The notes: a model not told the origin generated them from the letters alone. DNA of 64,000 nt from Marsupella aquatica (GCA_973895155.1 OZ316899.1:8683241-8747240); one strand, 5' to 3'; shown: positions 36,134 to 49,300, counted from the first letter of the stretch. Numbers and translations: made by a program.

Positions 36134-39100
36134 ATGTCTTGCATTATTCAAATAACGTGTCCGAATACAGGTGACGTTGTGACGATCCCTGTGTCAATTT
36201 CCGAAACCAGGAAACGTGTTAGTGATAATTACCTGTGTGGAAGATTTGGAGTGACGAGAAAACATATTTTGAGTGTCAGAACTTTGAACGATGGGCCCGC
36301 TCATTTTGATACTGAAGCGGAGGACGTTGTTTGGAATCTCGAATATGGCGTGGAGTACTTGATTTTCATTCAACTAAGGGACATCGTTCAGGTCAAGGTG
36401 GAGAGGCCTCTGGTGGCTCACAATGTGATTGACCTTACGTCCAACGCTGAATGCTCTTAGGGTTCTCCACCAATCTCAAAGGGCGATGAGGTCAAGAAGG
36501 AGGGCGGCAGTACCAGTTTGTTGATGCCCCAGGTACCCCCCGTATTGATTGCGTCGGAGGGGTCTAATGATGGAGACACTCTAACTTGTCTTGTTCTGGT
36601 TGTGTACAGAAGAAGCGCACTTGATGCCTTGTTGAAGTCAACTGGACAAAGTGAGTTATCGCGCTTTGTTAGGTCCGAGGCATTCATTCACAAACAGGTT
36701 GAATGCTTACCTGTAGAGTACAATGGGAATACCATATTTGAGCTTCCACCTGTTCAAGGTGTTGGCTCGAAAGGGGATCGTCTGCAAAACATGGATCGAT
36801 CCAAGGATTGCTACCTCTGGACTAGAATCTTTCCTACTTCTGCTAATGTTGTTCCGAAGAAGATGTGGGAGTTTGGGAAAGTAAGTTGTAGTGGTTCTCT
36901 CGAATGCCAAAATAGAGCATGTGAGTTTTACACCAGGACTCAAGTCAAAAACTGTAATGGATGGGATGGGACCCCCAAGCTCTCTGGTCAGCATTGTCCT
37001 GGGAGGTTGATTGATGCTGGAGGAATTGTTTGTCGCTATTGCCTTCAAGTTCCATTTTGTGTTGAGTCTTGTCCAGCAAAAATGTTTTATATGTACTCGC
37101 AAGTTTTGATCAAAAATGACACTGCAAAACACATGTCACGACTTGCAATCCATATGGGGGTGCACAACCATTCATGTCGGAAGGTCTGGTCTAGAAGTGC
37201 TGAGAAAATAGCAATAGAAGAAATACGGAGACAGCATGAGAAGTCTCCTTCTTCTACACCGTGCGTTTTGAAAAATGAGATCACTGGATCTTTAATGGAT
37301 GCCATAGGCGAGTCTGTGGATGACATTTCAAAGCTAGAAGAATCAGAAATCTGGAAATCACTTATGCTCGTTTCAACGCCTCAGAAGTTTTCTGCGTTAT
37401 TTAAGAGCGTTCGTAAAGATCAGGTTGGTCGAGGTGATTTGGAATATCTGGTTCGCATGCAGAAGAATGTTACGTTTCCTTTTCTCCAAAGATATCTTCT
37501 TCCTGGGCAGGGCTGTAAAGGTGATAGAGCACATATTTTCAAAATGACTATCAAAGGTCATGGATCGGGAGTAGATTTACTGCGTCAGATGAAGAAAGGG
37601 GGGCCTCTAGAAGGAGCATGGATGAGCTTTGACGTGATGAAAAGGATGTCCAAAGAATGAAGTACTTTTAGTGCACATGTGTATGACCATAACTATCGAG
37701 CTTTGTGTACAATATTTACTTGTGAACTCAAAACAGAGGACACTGCATCGCTTGAGAAAGCTTGGAGGTTGATGATCGAAGTCGCTTTGGAGAACGGTTT
37801 AAAGGGCGTGGAAATCCATGGTTTCATGGCGGATAACGCTCAGGCGGGATGGATAGCGCTTAGGAATGTCTTCTTTGACGGCCATCCAAACCCGGAGAGA
37901 GAGCGATCGGATGCATTCCACTTTTATCAGTCTTTGCATCGGCACTCTATCGAAGGAGTACTTGAAGAAAAATGTGTTGTACATCGAATCCTTTGGGACA
38001 AGTTGCGCAATGCCGCTTCATTTGTGGAAGCCTACAGGGTTTCACGAGAGATTGATTCATGGTGGAGATCTGGAAATTGTATTCCTAGGAAACTTAGAAT
38101 GTTGCAAGGATGGATCGCTTGGTGGGTTGTGAGGTGGCGTCAGTGGGGAAATTTCATACGTTTGGTGAGTCAATGTATACTAGCGCCTGGCGCTAGTATT
38201 AATCTCCCTTTTCTAATTGTGCTCTTTACTCATGTTTTTTGCCAGCGTCGGGCGCTAACATACGAATAGCTTGATAGTGTCTTCAATTTCACAATCATAA
38301 TGAAAAACATTCATACCTTTCGTCCGCCCATTTTGAAGTTCCGCTTTATTTTTTATTCGCTATATTGTACTAAATTTGACAAAACTCTTTTTCAGAGCAA
38401 AAGTGCACTTGAAGGGGGGATGATTCCCAATTGCACTGGTTCTGAAGCTGTTCACGGAATCATGAAAGCATGGCAGGGAAAGAAAACAGTTGGTTTGTTC
38501 GAAGGATGTAAGGCCGATCACAACAGAGCAATCTCACAAATAGTAGCCTATACAGCATATCGTGAAGGGCTCCATCGGGGTACCGGTCCAACAGTGTTTG
38601 AATTGGCTTTTTGTTTGGCTGACCAGGCAGGGTCCCCGAAACTCTTCGAAGAAGCCTCTAATATGTTACTCGCAAATGCAACAAAATTTAATTTGGAGAG
38701 GGATTCTTCGTTGAATGGGGATTTTGTGACAAAGTCTATGAAAAGAAAAGGTCCGACGACTGGGAATGTCTCTCCACAAGACTCCCATCGACATGACACG
38801 GTTTTCATAACTACACCAAACACCCGACGTTGCAAGAGGAGAAATTTGAACTCATCCGAGTTTGAGCACATTCCGATAGTTGTGATCGAGATGAGTGTTG
38901 TAATCAAATTAAGAAGGTCGGATATCCTTCAAATGCAGGGGTTGTTAGAATAGTCGTCAAAGGTTACCGCTTATTCAGAGATGAACACCATCCAGAGCTT
39001 GTCTGGTTCTGCCCCACTCGTGATTGTTGGAAGAGCCGTCCTCGTCGAGGTATTGTGAACCTCCCTACTTGCCCATACTTTTTGCCAGTACAGAAAGGCA

Positions 39101-39660
39101 CTCATCTTTCAAGTCTGGAGTTGAATTTCCTTCAAGAGCAGGGCATTGAAGTCTCGAGAGGAAGTGTTGTTTCATGTTGTCCTTCTCCATTTGAACTGAA
39201 AATCAACATTGACGTTTTTCCTAAAAAGATCGATCTTGCACAAGTTAACATCCGTTTTCGAACAAGAAATGGGCGTGCGATGAGCTCCAAATCAAATCTC
39301 ACTCAAGAATATCATAAAAGGATTGAATCAGCAATGAAAGAAATAATGACTTTGATCAAAACTATGGAAGTTTCATCAGGAAATTCATACGGGAATCGAT
39401 TCCAGATACGCACACATGCACATTCACAAACTGCAAATACATATTGGGTACAAATTTGCATTTTCCCTTGTTGCTCTTGTGAAGATTTCTTTCGTCGACA
39501 TTCTCAAGGGAAACCTTTCATGCCATGTAAACACTTGTACTGGGTTTACAAAGTTATCTGCAAGCTTGATCCTGTGGACAATATCCTCCCAAGCCAACCG
39601 ATTCTTACCATTGCGGAACTACGTTATATTCTAGGGAGGCAGAATGCTGATGGTTTATAG
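36134..39660 (+). pseudogene. Mutator-like DDE transposase with N-terminal GCM-like Zn domain and C-terminal SWIM finger (copy 2)
   Basis: DCYLW..KVSCSGSLECQN..C..CxxC..CPA..HMGVHNH; putative catalytic SFDVM / FMADNA / SDAFH / CTGSEAVH; SWIM CSCEDF..CKH. Intron 38165-38395; in-frame stops at 36458 and 37658; internal deletion near 38880 relative to copy 4. Confidence 0.82.
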
Positions 39661-40516
39661 GAAGGCTTAGTATTCTAGTTTACGTTCAACGGGTATGTAG
39701 GACTTGTCATTTCGTAACGGTAACTTTGTTTTGGTTAGCGCCCGGCGCTAGTAAACAACATTTGGTTTCTTTTCAACACGGCTCAATCTTTTGTGGGTTG
39801 CACATAAAACTTAATTTGTTTTTACAATTTTACGGATGTGTAAATTTCATTGTACGGGTAACGGAGATTGGTTTGTATTCAATCGTCACCTGGCCTTCAA
39901 TTTTGTTAGCGCCCGGCGCTAGACTCCATTTCCTTACTTGGTTGCAGTTTGTAGTTTCCAGGTCTGAACGTGTGGATTTCTTTTGCATGCATTCTCGAGG
40001 ATGATCTTTTCTTGCCTTATAAACCATTATCCTCTGATCATTCCGGTAGATGGTGAGTGGGTATTTTGTTAATGATGTTTTGTAACGGTATCAAACGCTT
40101 GGTTAGGACTAAGCGCTAGTAAAGGCGTCTTCCGATAATTGTCGTTTTCCCCATCTTTTTGAGTTTATGTTGAATTTGACCTCTTTGGTTTGGTCCAAAA
40201 TTAAGCCGTTTTTTGTGAATGATAGTACCAACTCTCCTGTTTTGTTCAACTATTTTTCCTGTTATGATCATCACTGTTTCCTGTTTCCTATCACGGAGGT
40301 CGGGCCCAAATCAAGAGCTGCCCTTTTCCAGCCGTGGAAGAAAAGATCTTATCGACACGTGAAATCTACTTGGCAATCACGGTAGCACCAATGTCTTTCG
40401 TAACCTCACCTTTGTAGCTACACAATTGCTGCTAAGAGCGTAGTCTTGTTAATTCACCTTTGCCTGGAAAAGACCTTCCTCCGTTGCTGCTTCCTCAATT
40501 TTAGAGAGGCAATGAC

Positions 40517-41140
40517 CTAGTTCTCTAGGTCATTGCCATCTACTATCTTAACTTCAGGAAAGGAAAAATCTACTTCCTGTGGCAAAAGTGTGAGATCATC
40601 TTTTTGTCCTTCCAATACGGGATACTCTTGGAGCAATTGCATCACTTCTTTCCTGCTTGGCATACTTGGGATCACACCTTTTGTTCGTACGCTGAGGGAA
40701 GCTGCAAATCTTAGGGCATCAACAAAGGGCTGCCCCTCTACAATAGCTACAGTGTAAGCTGCAGTAAAAGTGTCTCCGGTACTAGTTGTATCAACTACAA
40801 CTGGAGCAACGAGAGCCGCTTGAACAACTAGGGCCTCAACCTTATTTAAAGGGATTGATCCATTTTCTCCCAGCTTCACAAGAACGTGTTTGACACCCAT
40901 ATTCAGGATCTTGGTTGTAGCCTCCACGACCTGTTCTCTGGTTTCTGTTGGCATCCTTGTGATACGACCAAGCTCTGGCTCATTAGGACTAAAGATTGTG
41001 ACATATTTCAGCAGCTCGTCAGGGATTGGAGTGTCCATTCCTCCGACATCTAATATAACTGGCACGTTTGCGCTTCTAGCTATCTTGGCAACCTCTACAT
41101 TTATAGCATTCGGAATTTCTCGTTGTAAGAGCATTGCACC
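40517..41140 (-). pseudogene. RBSK: Ribokinase (pfkB family) C-terminal fragment, intronless
   Basis: LLQREIP, VILDVGG, SPNEPEL, VLVKLG, VDTTSTGDTFTAAY (canonical DTTGAGD altered), KGVIPSMP. No N-terminal half. Confidence 0.85.
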
Positions 41141-41269
41141 GGCCCGCCAGGTGCTGGTTTTATTTTCACGAAATTCACACGTTGAAACAATGAATGCAAT
41201 ACATTGAAGCCCATATGTCAACAAATTGCAAGAGTCAAAGATTCAAATTGTATTAGACGTCTGTATTAC

Positions 41270-44200
41270 ATAATTGTCATTGACAGCACCAGGCGCTGGT
41301 AATAGAATGTCACATATTGTTGAATTCATACTGTGGCAAAGAAAAAGCGCAGAAGAAGGTGCCTTGATTCCCAACTGTACAGGGTTAAAATCAAGGCATG
41401 CCTCTATGAAAGCATGGGCTACAAAGAAAAAGGTTGGTCTTTTTTTAAGCTTGCAAAGTTGACCAAAACTGTACTCTGTCGCAAATTGCAGGATATAGTG
41501 CATACCGAAAAGGGTTGAACAGAGGAAAGGGGCCAACTATATGGGAATTGGCGTTCCGTTCCGCCGATCAAGCAGGTTTGCCAAGGTTATTTGAAGATGC
41601 GACCAACATGCTTCTTTCACTAGTACATATTTAGCTGATTTCCGATGCTCAATTTTTGCAAACAATCGGCGTCCGATTCTTTTAGAATCGGAAATTCCCA
41701 TTATCACAAAATGGCAATATGCCATACTCTCGGCTTTGGATATCTTCATTTCCAATGTAATTAACAACGGAACCTTTCCGATGCGGTAAAAAACGGATCA
41801 TATCCGTTACAAAATACATCGGATCCCCTATCAAAATATTTGATTGATATGTCTGATGTTTTTTGTAACGGAAATGATGTGCGTTTCAATATTGATCGGA
41901 AAAGTTCCGTAGTTGATAAGAACGGATATTATATCCGATTGTGGTAAAATGGCAAAGTCCGATGTTGAGAGAATGGGAAAGTCCGATGCTGAGAGAATGG
42001 GAAAGTCCGATGCTAGAAGAATGGGAAAGTCCGATGCTAGTAGAATGGGAAAGTCCGATGCTAGGAGAATGGGAAATTTTCATTTTGGCAAAATGACAAA
42101 TTCCTATTGTGTTAAATGGAGCATGTAGTTGCACCGACATACTCTTCCTAGAAAAGAGGATACAATCATTCTTGCATGTTTGAATGACTTCATACTTGAG
42201 GCAAATGGACTTAATTGAATGTTGTTCTTGCCTCCTTCCAAGACCCCAAAATATTGTTCCCTTTTGGCAATATTTGCTCAACATGCAAAATCAAAATTTA
42301 TCATCTAAAAGGAGATTGCTTGTCCCATGTAGTCTTTGTTGCAAGTCCAACAACAACATAGTTGATGAAAAATGAGACAATCGGGAGCTGCCCTTGACGC
42401 CAAGGCTTTGGAAGGAATATTAATCTTCCATAACTAATAAACTATAATGATCTCATGTCAAGTTGGATGGAGGAGGGCTTTACTATCCACAAATGACCCC
42501 AAATTTCTATTGATTGCTCCAAGGGAATGTAAGAGGGTAATCATAATTATAGATCACTCGATGCAAACATGCAATATCATGATAGAGCAAAACTGGGATT
42601 TATTAGTCTAATGTGATACTTTTGTGGCATAATCACTACATTGCCACTCTTTTTCTTGTATTTATCACTCTGCCTCTCGTTTGAGTCATTGGTTAAGAAA
42701 AGTAACTCAGGTTAACTACCTAAGATCCGTCGTTGAGATTTCTTTTGGTCTTCCCATTGGATGGTCGTCGCTTCCCTCATGGTTACATTTTGAACCCTTA
42801 GTATAGTTTGCGGAGGGGTGGGTCGGCTAATCCATTTCTCCTCCCCTCCATTTCTCTATCACCATAGTCGAGGCGCATTGGCTGCGTCTTTGCTCCACCC
42901 TTGCCACTATCGTTGCGTCCTCATTTCCCCGGCCCGGGCTGTGTTGTCGTTGACCCTGGCTGCCTCTAGCTTGGCTGGGGCTGCATTGTTGCATGTTTCC
43001 TGTTGGCCTCTCCCGACTCTGCCCAGCTTAGGTCCAAATTATGGGTCTTAATAAATTTAGAAGTGTATAAAATCCCTAAACACTCCAAGTCAAACAATAA
43101 AAGTGTTAAGCTTGCATGTACATTGTGAGGGATAAGAACCACAAAGTTAAGCTCATGTTGGAGGAATAGCAATTGGGATGGGTGACCACTTAGTTGAGGA
43201 ATGAAGAGTTGAAATTTCAAAGGAGACGGGCACCTCGCTCATGGTTGCAAAATGAAAGTAAATATACAAAGGAAGAGATGGGTGACCTGAGCACCCCGCG
43301 TCCGCTCCAATGTGTATCCCATTTTCATTGTTTTGCTCTTTCCCATTCTCCCAGCATTGGACTTTCCCATTCTCCCAACATCGGACTTTCCCATTCTCTT
43401 AGCATCGGACTTTCCCATTCTCTTAGCATCGGACTTTCCCATTCTTTCAGCATCGGACTTTCCGATTTAAGTCCGATTGTCAATATCTGATACTTTTATC
43501 ATGGCATGTTACGATGCCGGCAGAATCGGATGTATGGTTTTTTCATATTTTGTTTTACAAAGACGTCCGATGTGGAGAGAATCGGAAAAAGGAGGTAAAA
43601 TGTACTAGTGTTTCCAATGCGGCGGACCTCAATTTGGAAAGAACTCATCCCCTTAACAGAGATATAGTGACAAAGTCAATGAAGAGGAAGGGACCTGCAA
43701 CTGGGATTGTCTTGCCACAAGACTCCCATTGGCATGACACCATTCTCATAACCACACCAAATACACGAGGCTTGAAAAGGAAAAACCTCAACAAAACTGA
43801 CTTTGCCTTCATGCCCTCAACTTCTGAAGATCCTTTTACAAGAGTGGTGGATCTCTTTGGTCTGGACACATCAGCGGGTGATAGTGATTCACTAGATAAT
43901 TCCCCTCAAACAACTCATGCAACAAGATCGTCTAGACCTCCGCTCAGTGCCCCAGCCGCACTTCAGAACCCACTTCCACAGACTAATCCGCTGGAGAAGG
44001 ATGTCCCTCTAGGGCAGTGGCAGTTGCGACAGACGTCCAAATATGGAGCAGGACCCCAATGTAATGGGACTCTCAATGGGAATTGTGATCGGTATGAGTG
44101 TCAAAATCATATCAAGAAAGTTGGATTCCATTTGTTCTGACGATGTTGTTGGAATTGTCATCAGGGGCCATCGTCTTTTCAGGGGCAAACCCATATCCAA

Positions 44201-45571
44201 AATGATTTGAGTCGCCTGTGTCATAAGGTTGATCAACTTCCTCCTATTCCTGATATTTTGCCGGTTCTGAAGGGTACAAGCCCGTCTCTCTCTGAAATTA
44301 AGTTCCTCGAAGGGCAAGGACTTGTGTTAGCCCAAACACCAGGATCAAATCGATCTATGCCATCTTTGTTGGATCTCAGGATAAATATGAACGCGTTCCC
44401 AGAAACAATATTAATAGTTTTTGGAGTCAAATGTCCAGCTAGGTAGTCGGAATGGGAGGAACTCAAGGCCTCGATCTAATCTTACTATGAATCACACTAA
44501 GTGAATAGAGTTTGCACAAAAAGAAGAGATGAATTTGGATGGGGAATGGGATGTTCAGACTGGAAATGGTTTTGGAAAGCAATTTCAAATTCAAACCCAT
44601 GAGAACCTTTGATCGCCAAGCACTTACTTTGTCCAAATCTGTATCTTCCCTGCTTGCTCTTGTGAGGACTTCTTCCGACATCATTCGCATGGCAAGTCAT
44701 ACATGCCTTGTAAACATCTCTATTGGGTGTACATTAATGTTTTCAAATTTGATGTTGAGGAGTTGACTCTTTGTAGCCAACCAGTTTTGAGAGTGGGCGA
44801 AGACAGGCTTGTCTTGGAGAGGCAGTTAGTGAATGGCTTCTAACAGAACCCAAAATTTCCGTGTAACTTGTTCTACATAATGGATAGTCACTATTTTTCT
44901 TTAGCCAACGGATATTTTACTGGTTTGTTCAGAAGATTTTGGTTAGCGCCAGGCGCTGCTTCGAGTAGTTGCTACGTTGCTTGCTTTATGATGTGCCTAT
45001 AAGAGAGAATCATTAGGACATGTTCCATTTTATATGTATGTCTTTTATCTTTAAAGTCATGTTTGTTCAATCATTCTGAATAATATAGTTGGCGCCAGGC
45101 GCTGTTTTCTCATTTGGTTGTCGGGATACAGGGTCCATTTAAGTGAACCTATTGTGATTGATGTCATTTGGACACCAGCCTTGACTAGTGCTATGGTGGG
45201 TCCCACCCAAGGGTAACTCTTTAGCCTGGACAATTTGGTGAGTTATTACTGGGTATGGTCCCAATTCTATGTTATGCGATCTTCTACAATAAATTGTCAT
45301 GTCAAAGGAAGCTAATTCCTTAAGACAAACTCATGTGATTGGTGTAGTTTTTCAGTATTGAAGGCTTCCAACCATAGGTATGTTCTGAGTGTATATAATT
45401 TATATGTAGTGAGAGAGACTTTTTTTCATTTGTATCAAGGGGTTATGGTTTATGCTAAAGTGGTAACAGGGAAAGTTTTACTGGTAACAGGTAAATTTTG
45501 GCTGTTAACAACAAAGTATTTTGTGGTAACAGGTTATCTGTTTTCTGTTCTCTGTCATGGTTGCCATACCC
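41270..45571 (+). mobile_element. Mutator-like element copy 3: 3' remnant (transposase exon 2 to right terminus), interrupted by a CACTA
   Basis: SAEEGALIPNCTG (~41345), LFEDATNMLL|SNAADLNLERTHPL across the insertion, KSMKRKGP..DSHWHD, SWIM remnant near 44640-44730. Palindromes at 41284, 44944 and 45090; end CTGTTCTCT-GTCATGGTTGCCATACCC. Confidence 0.8.
41618..43610. mobile_element. Non-autonomous CACTA element, 1993 bp
   Basis: TIRs CACTAGTACAT...ATGTACTAGTG and 3-bp TSD TTT. Inverted arrays of a 21-bp subterminal repeat (ATGGGAAAGTCCGATGCTRRG-type) at ~41950-42080 and ~43340-43465. Tnp2-like remnant KYEVIQTCKNDCILF (minus, ~42155-42200). Removal restores ATG CTT CTT TCC AAT in the host transposase. 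Confidence 0.93.
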
Positions 45572-45658
45572 CATAATATTGGGTACCAATTGTTTCTTGT
45601 TGAGGAGCGTTAGAGTCATGTGATTTTTCTAACCTTATTTTACTACCGACCAGTCCAT

Positions 45659-45661
<3 letters not shown>

Positions 45662-45696
<35 letters not shown>
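45662..45696. repeat. (GA)n microsatellite
   Basis: About 17 GA units. Confidence 0.95.
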
Positions 45697-45697
<1 letters not shown>

Positions 45698-45924
45698 ATG
45701 CTGGCTATGACAGGTGTTATCATTTTGTATTACTGGTTTTCTCTCACGGCCGTGTATGTAGCCCAAACGGGTGAACCACGTACTTTCGGTGTTGGAGTCT
45801 ATGGATGAATGTTCACACATGTTGATGCTATCTTGTTTGGTCTAGATCATATCCCAACATACATGACACATTTGAAATTGATTTATTGTTTGATGCACAT
45901 TCAAACAATGCCATTTTTCTTGTT

Positions 45925-46300
45925 TGATATGTGAATCCAGATTGTGGAGGTGATGTGGATCATAGAAAGTATTGTTGGGTGTGATTTCACTTTGACGAGA
46001 GATTTAGTGTGAACTGATGGTCGATGAAGTAGAAGTGGTATCTCAATTTTCAACTAAAGTTGAGTACATGGCAACAACCAAAGTAGCGACGAAGGCAATT
46101 TGGTTGGACAAGTTGGTCCAAGATTTAGGAATTCCACAGGAATGTGTGACTTCACACTATAATAACACTGTGGCTAATAAAGTGACACATGGCATAGTGA
46201 ACCACATTGATATCAAGTACCTTAGAATACAAAAAAGGAGGTATACCCTTGTGACAACACTTTATTGTGCTTACATTTATAAATCAATTTCAGGAATGAG
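45925..46300 (+). pseudogene. Old Ty1/Copia RNase H remnant
   Basis: DCGGDVDHRK..., VVSQFSTKVEYMATTKVATKAIWL..L..DLG, HIDIKY. Confidence 0.8.
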
Positions 46301-46355
46301 ATTTTGAGAAAGAGAGAAGAAAACTTGTCATAGAATTGTGCACAAGCTTGCCATA

Positions 46356-49300
46356 TGTGGTGCGTCCCATGGCTCCCTAAACCCAAGAAACGCCAAGTCC
46401 CGCATGTTTCGCTCTCGGCTAGGCCGGTTCCACGGCTTAGCGGCTTGGGACGCTGCTAACTCTCTTCTACTAACATTTTACACACATATACTGAACAGAT
46501 CCTTCATTGGGTCATGAGATAAGTAGCCGGCCTATTCTATGGCTTCCCTTCTCTTCCTCTCCTGGTCTTCCTTTAGGTATGTTTGGATTCCGCCGCCGGA
46601 ATGATCCCCAATTGGCTTGGGTTAGCCGCTAAGACCTCTCTCAGCTCGACACATCCAACTCTTACTGCCTTGCTTACTTCCCTTCTCTCTTGGTTGATGT
46701 GGGCAATCTTCAAACAAGTTAATGCGACACACAAATAGCAAAATGACTCCTTCTGACTGAGTTATACCATGCACTTGCCATACAAACAATACTTCTCATA
46801 CACAAGATCTGCAAACTAAGCCGTGAGGCCAACTCTATTCAGCTCTTAGGCATGAGGAAACATGAATATACACAAGGGTCACTGTATAACTAACCGAGAG
46901 CTTCTTTTACTACTTGATCCCAGCCCTGCTGGTGCACTAAAAACTTGCTAAAGAAGAAGGCCCTGAACTCTTTGTTGCCCAGGTACTTATCTTGGCAGTG
47001 GATCCGCCTAATTCCTTGCAGCGTAAGCCTAATCTATCCTAATTGTAATCTACCTATGTACAGCAGGGTAGGAGCACAAGTGTTGCTCTTACCAGTGGAT
47101 CCGCAATCCCACTAATCTAAGTGTCAGGGCCACCTCTTGGTCTTGATCCTAATTTCTAAACTTAGAGATTTGCGCCCGCCTTGCCCACTCACGCCTCCTC
47201 CCTCCACATCTGCCCTCCTTAAAAGGAGCGGCCCTCCACCACCGTCATGGTAGCGGTGGCTGATCCTCAATGGACGACCCCAATGCTTCCTCCTCAGCCA
47301 TTGCCGTAGGTCCGTCCTTTGACAGATTACCTGCCCCAGACCCAGTCGACTCTCCCGCGGCCTGACCGGGTCCACCCTTGGCTTCGGCCTCAGCTTTGCT
47401 ACGGCTTTAGATATGGCTACGGCCTCCTTGGCCTGCTCTAGTGGTGGATCCGGTACCCCAACTTCATCAATGATTGTCCTGGCCTCGGCCTTGCCATCCC
47501 CGCCTTCTAGGATAGTTGAATCCTCTGCCGTGACCCTGCCTGAGGCTGGTGCCGTGTTCTCCTTGGTCACGGTGGCTTGAGAAGCCGCGTTGCTCCCTGA
47601 CCCAGAAGGTTTTTGCTTCTTCTTCTTTCCTGGTTTGGCAGCTGGTCCCTTCCCCTTGCCACTTACCTTTGGCACCGGTGCAAGTGTTGCGGGTTGTCCC
47701 TCGGCCAGCACTACCCCTGGCAACTTTGTTGCCACAATTGGAGTTTGAACTGATGAAGCTAAGCACTTAAATACTGCGGCTTGTTTCTTTAGCCACTCCG
47801 TTTGGTTGTCGGCCCGCCGTTGTAAGTTCTCCATCTTCCTTGTGCTTTCCTCCAACTCCTCCTGCGTTTCGTCCAGGTCCTTGTGCGCCTCCTCTAGCTC
47901 CTTTTGGGCTTCCTCCAATTCCTTTCTTAAGGCAGCCCTCTCTTCTTGGGTTGCTCTCAGCTCCTTGTCGAGCTCCGTTACGACCTCAAACTCCATCTGG
48001 TTCATCTTGGCGTAAGTCTTATCTAGCTGGTCATCCTTCTCACGCAGGTCGGCCTTGAAGTTGGCCGTCAGGGATGCAAGCTCCTGCTACAGCACAATAA
48101 TCCCTTGATAGGATCTCTCTAACTTTTGTTCAAGAGCTCCGTAGAGATCCTCGAGCTCCCCCTTCAGCGCCCTCTCCTTCCTCTATGTCCCCGCCATGGC
48201 CCAATTGTTGGTTGCTATGTGGGCCTCCTCTGCGTCCTTCAGCTCCCGCTTCCACTTCTCCTTTTCCTTGACCGCGTCGGCCAACTCCCCTTGGGTCCGA
48301 GTTAGTTTATCCTTGATAATCTGATTATCAGACTGAGCGGTATCTAGTTGCCCCTGCATGATGTTTAGTTCATGCCGTTTAATCCATAGCTCATGTTGGG
48401 CTTTCTTGGCCGCCTTTAGGTCTTCTGCCTTGGCTTCCTTCTCCCTAAGCCGTCGGATGACCTCGTCATTCTTCCTCCTCTCCAAAGCCACCGCTTCCTC
48501 CAATTGGCGTTTTTCCAACATCTCCCTCTAGAAAAAGGGTCCCTGCTCCAACTCCTCCCCAAAGATGCCAAGCGCAAGTTCCCCACACATCTCCCCGTAC
48601 TCCATGGCTCTTTCTTGCGCATAGGTGGAGTGAGTAGTAGTCATCGGCATCACCCACCGCGGCCTTTGTTCCCAAGCCGCCTTTCGGATCTCTTCTATTG
48701 TGATTGGGGGCTGCTTTGTCCTTCGGCAAGCCGCCGGATGTCCTCTGGCCATTCTCCCCTAGGTAAATCCTTCTATTTTGGCCAGGGCTGCCTCCTCTTC
48801 TTCCCTGAGTTGCTCCTGAAACTCCTGTGCCGTCTGTTTTATCCCGTCAAATCTTGGGGGAGCAACATCTGGTGGGGGAGACTCGGGGCTGCTCTACTGG
48901 GTGGGGTCCCCTCAAACTACTCTAGGAAGCGCGGGGATGAAATGGCCACAGGTCCTTACTCCTAGGACATGATGGTCCGACCCGTAGTCGGAGTCGTCAT
49001 TGCCGTAGTCCTCCACCACCTCCTCCCCGGCTTGCTCTACCGGCTCCCCCCGCTGCTCTCCTGGTCTTGCTGTGAACACGACCTCCTGCCAAACACATCT
49101 CACCGATCCTGGTTCCTCCTCCGGCTTCCAAGCTGATATCTCCTTCTCCCTATCATGACCAGGAGCTTTGGCTGCTCTCCCTCGGCTTCTAGACTTGCGG
49201 CTCCCACATACATTCGAACCCCCGGCTCGTGTTCTGGCCTCCTTCTTTCCTTGGCTCCGGTAAAGGGGTTTTCCCTTGTAAGTCGGCTTAGGCCTACCTC

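Larger units (their letters stand above)
31652..40307. mobile_element. Mutator-like element copy 2: both genes in divergent orientation, left end truncated at the CACTA terminus
   Basis: ParB-MTase-like gene (minus) and transposase (plus) are separated by a 1.24-kb AT-rich spacer with six palindromes. Right end CTGTTTCCT-ATCACGGAGGTCGGGCCC. Confidence 0.82.

Noticed and set aside
41886-43490. ORFs with IGLSHS/MGKSDA repeats; superficially CRISPR-like array
   Set aside because: Translations of the 21-bp CACTA subterminal repeat; no unique spacers and a eukaryotic context.
45251-45571. Small MITE bounded by GGGTATGG...CCATACCC
   Set aside because: Only an 8-bp match and no TSD; the right end is better explained as the terminus of copy 3.
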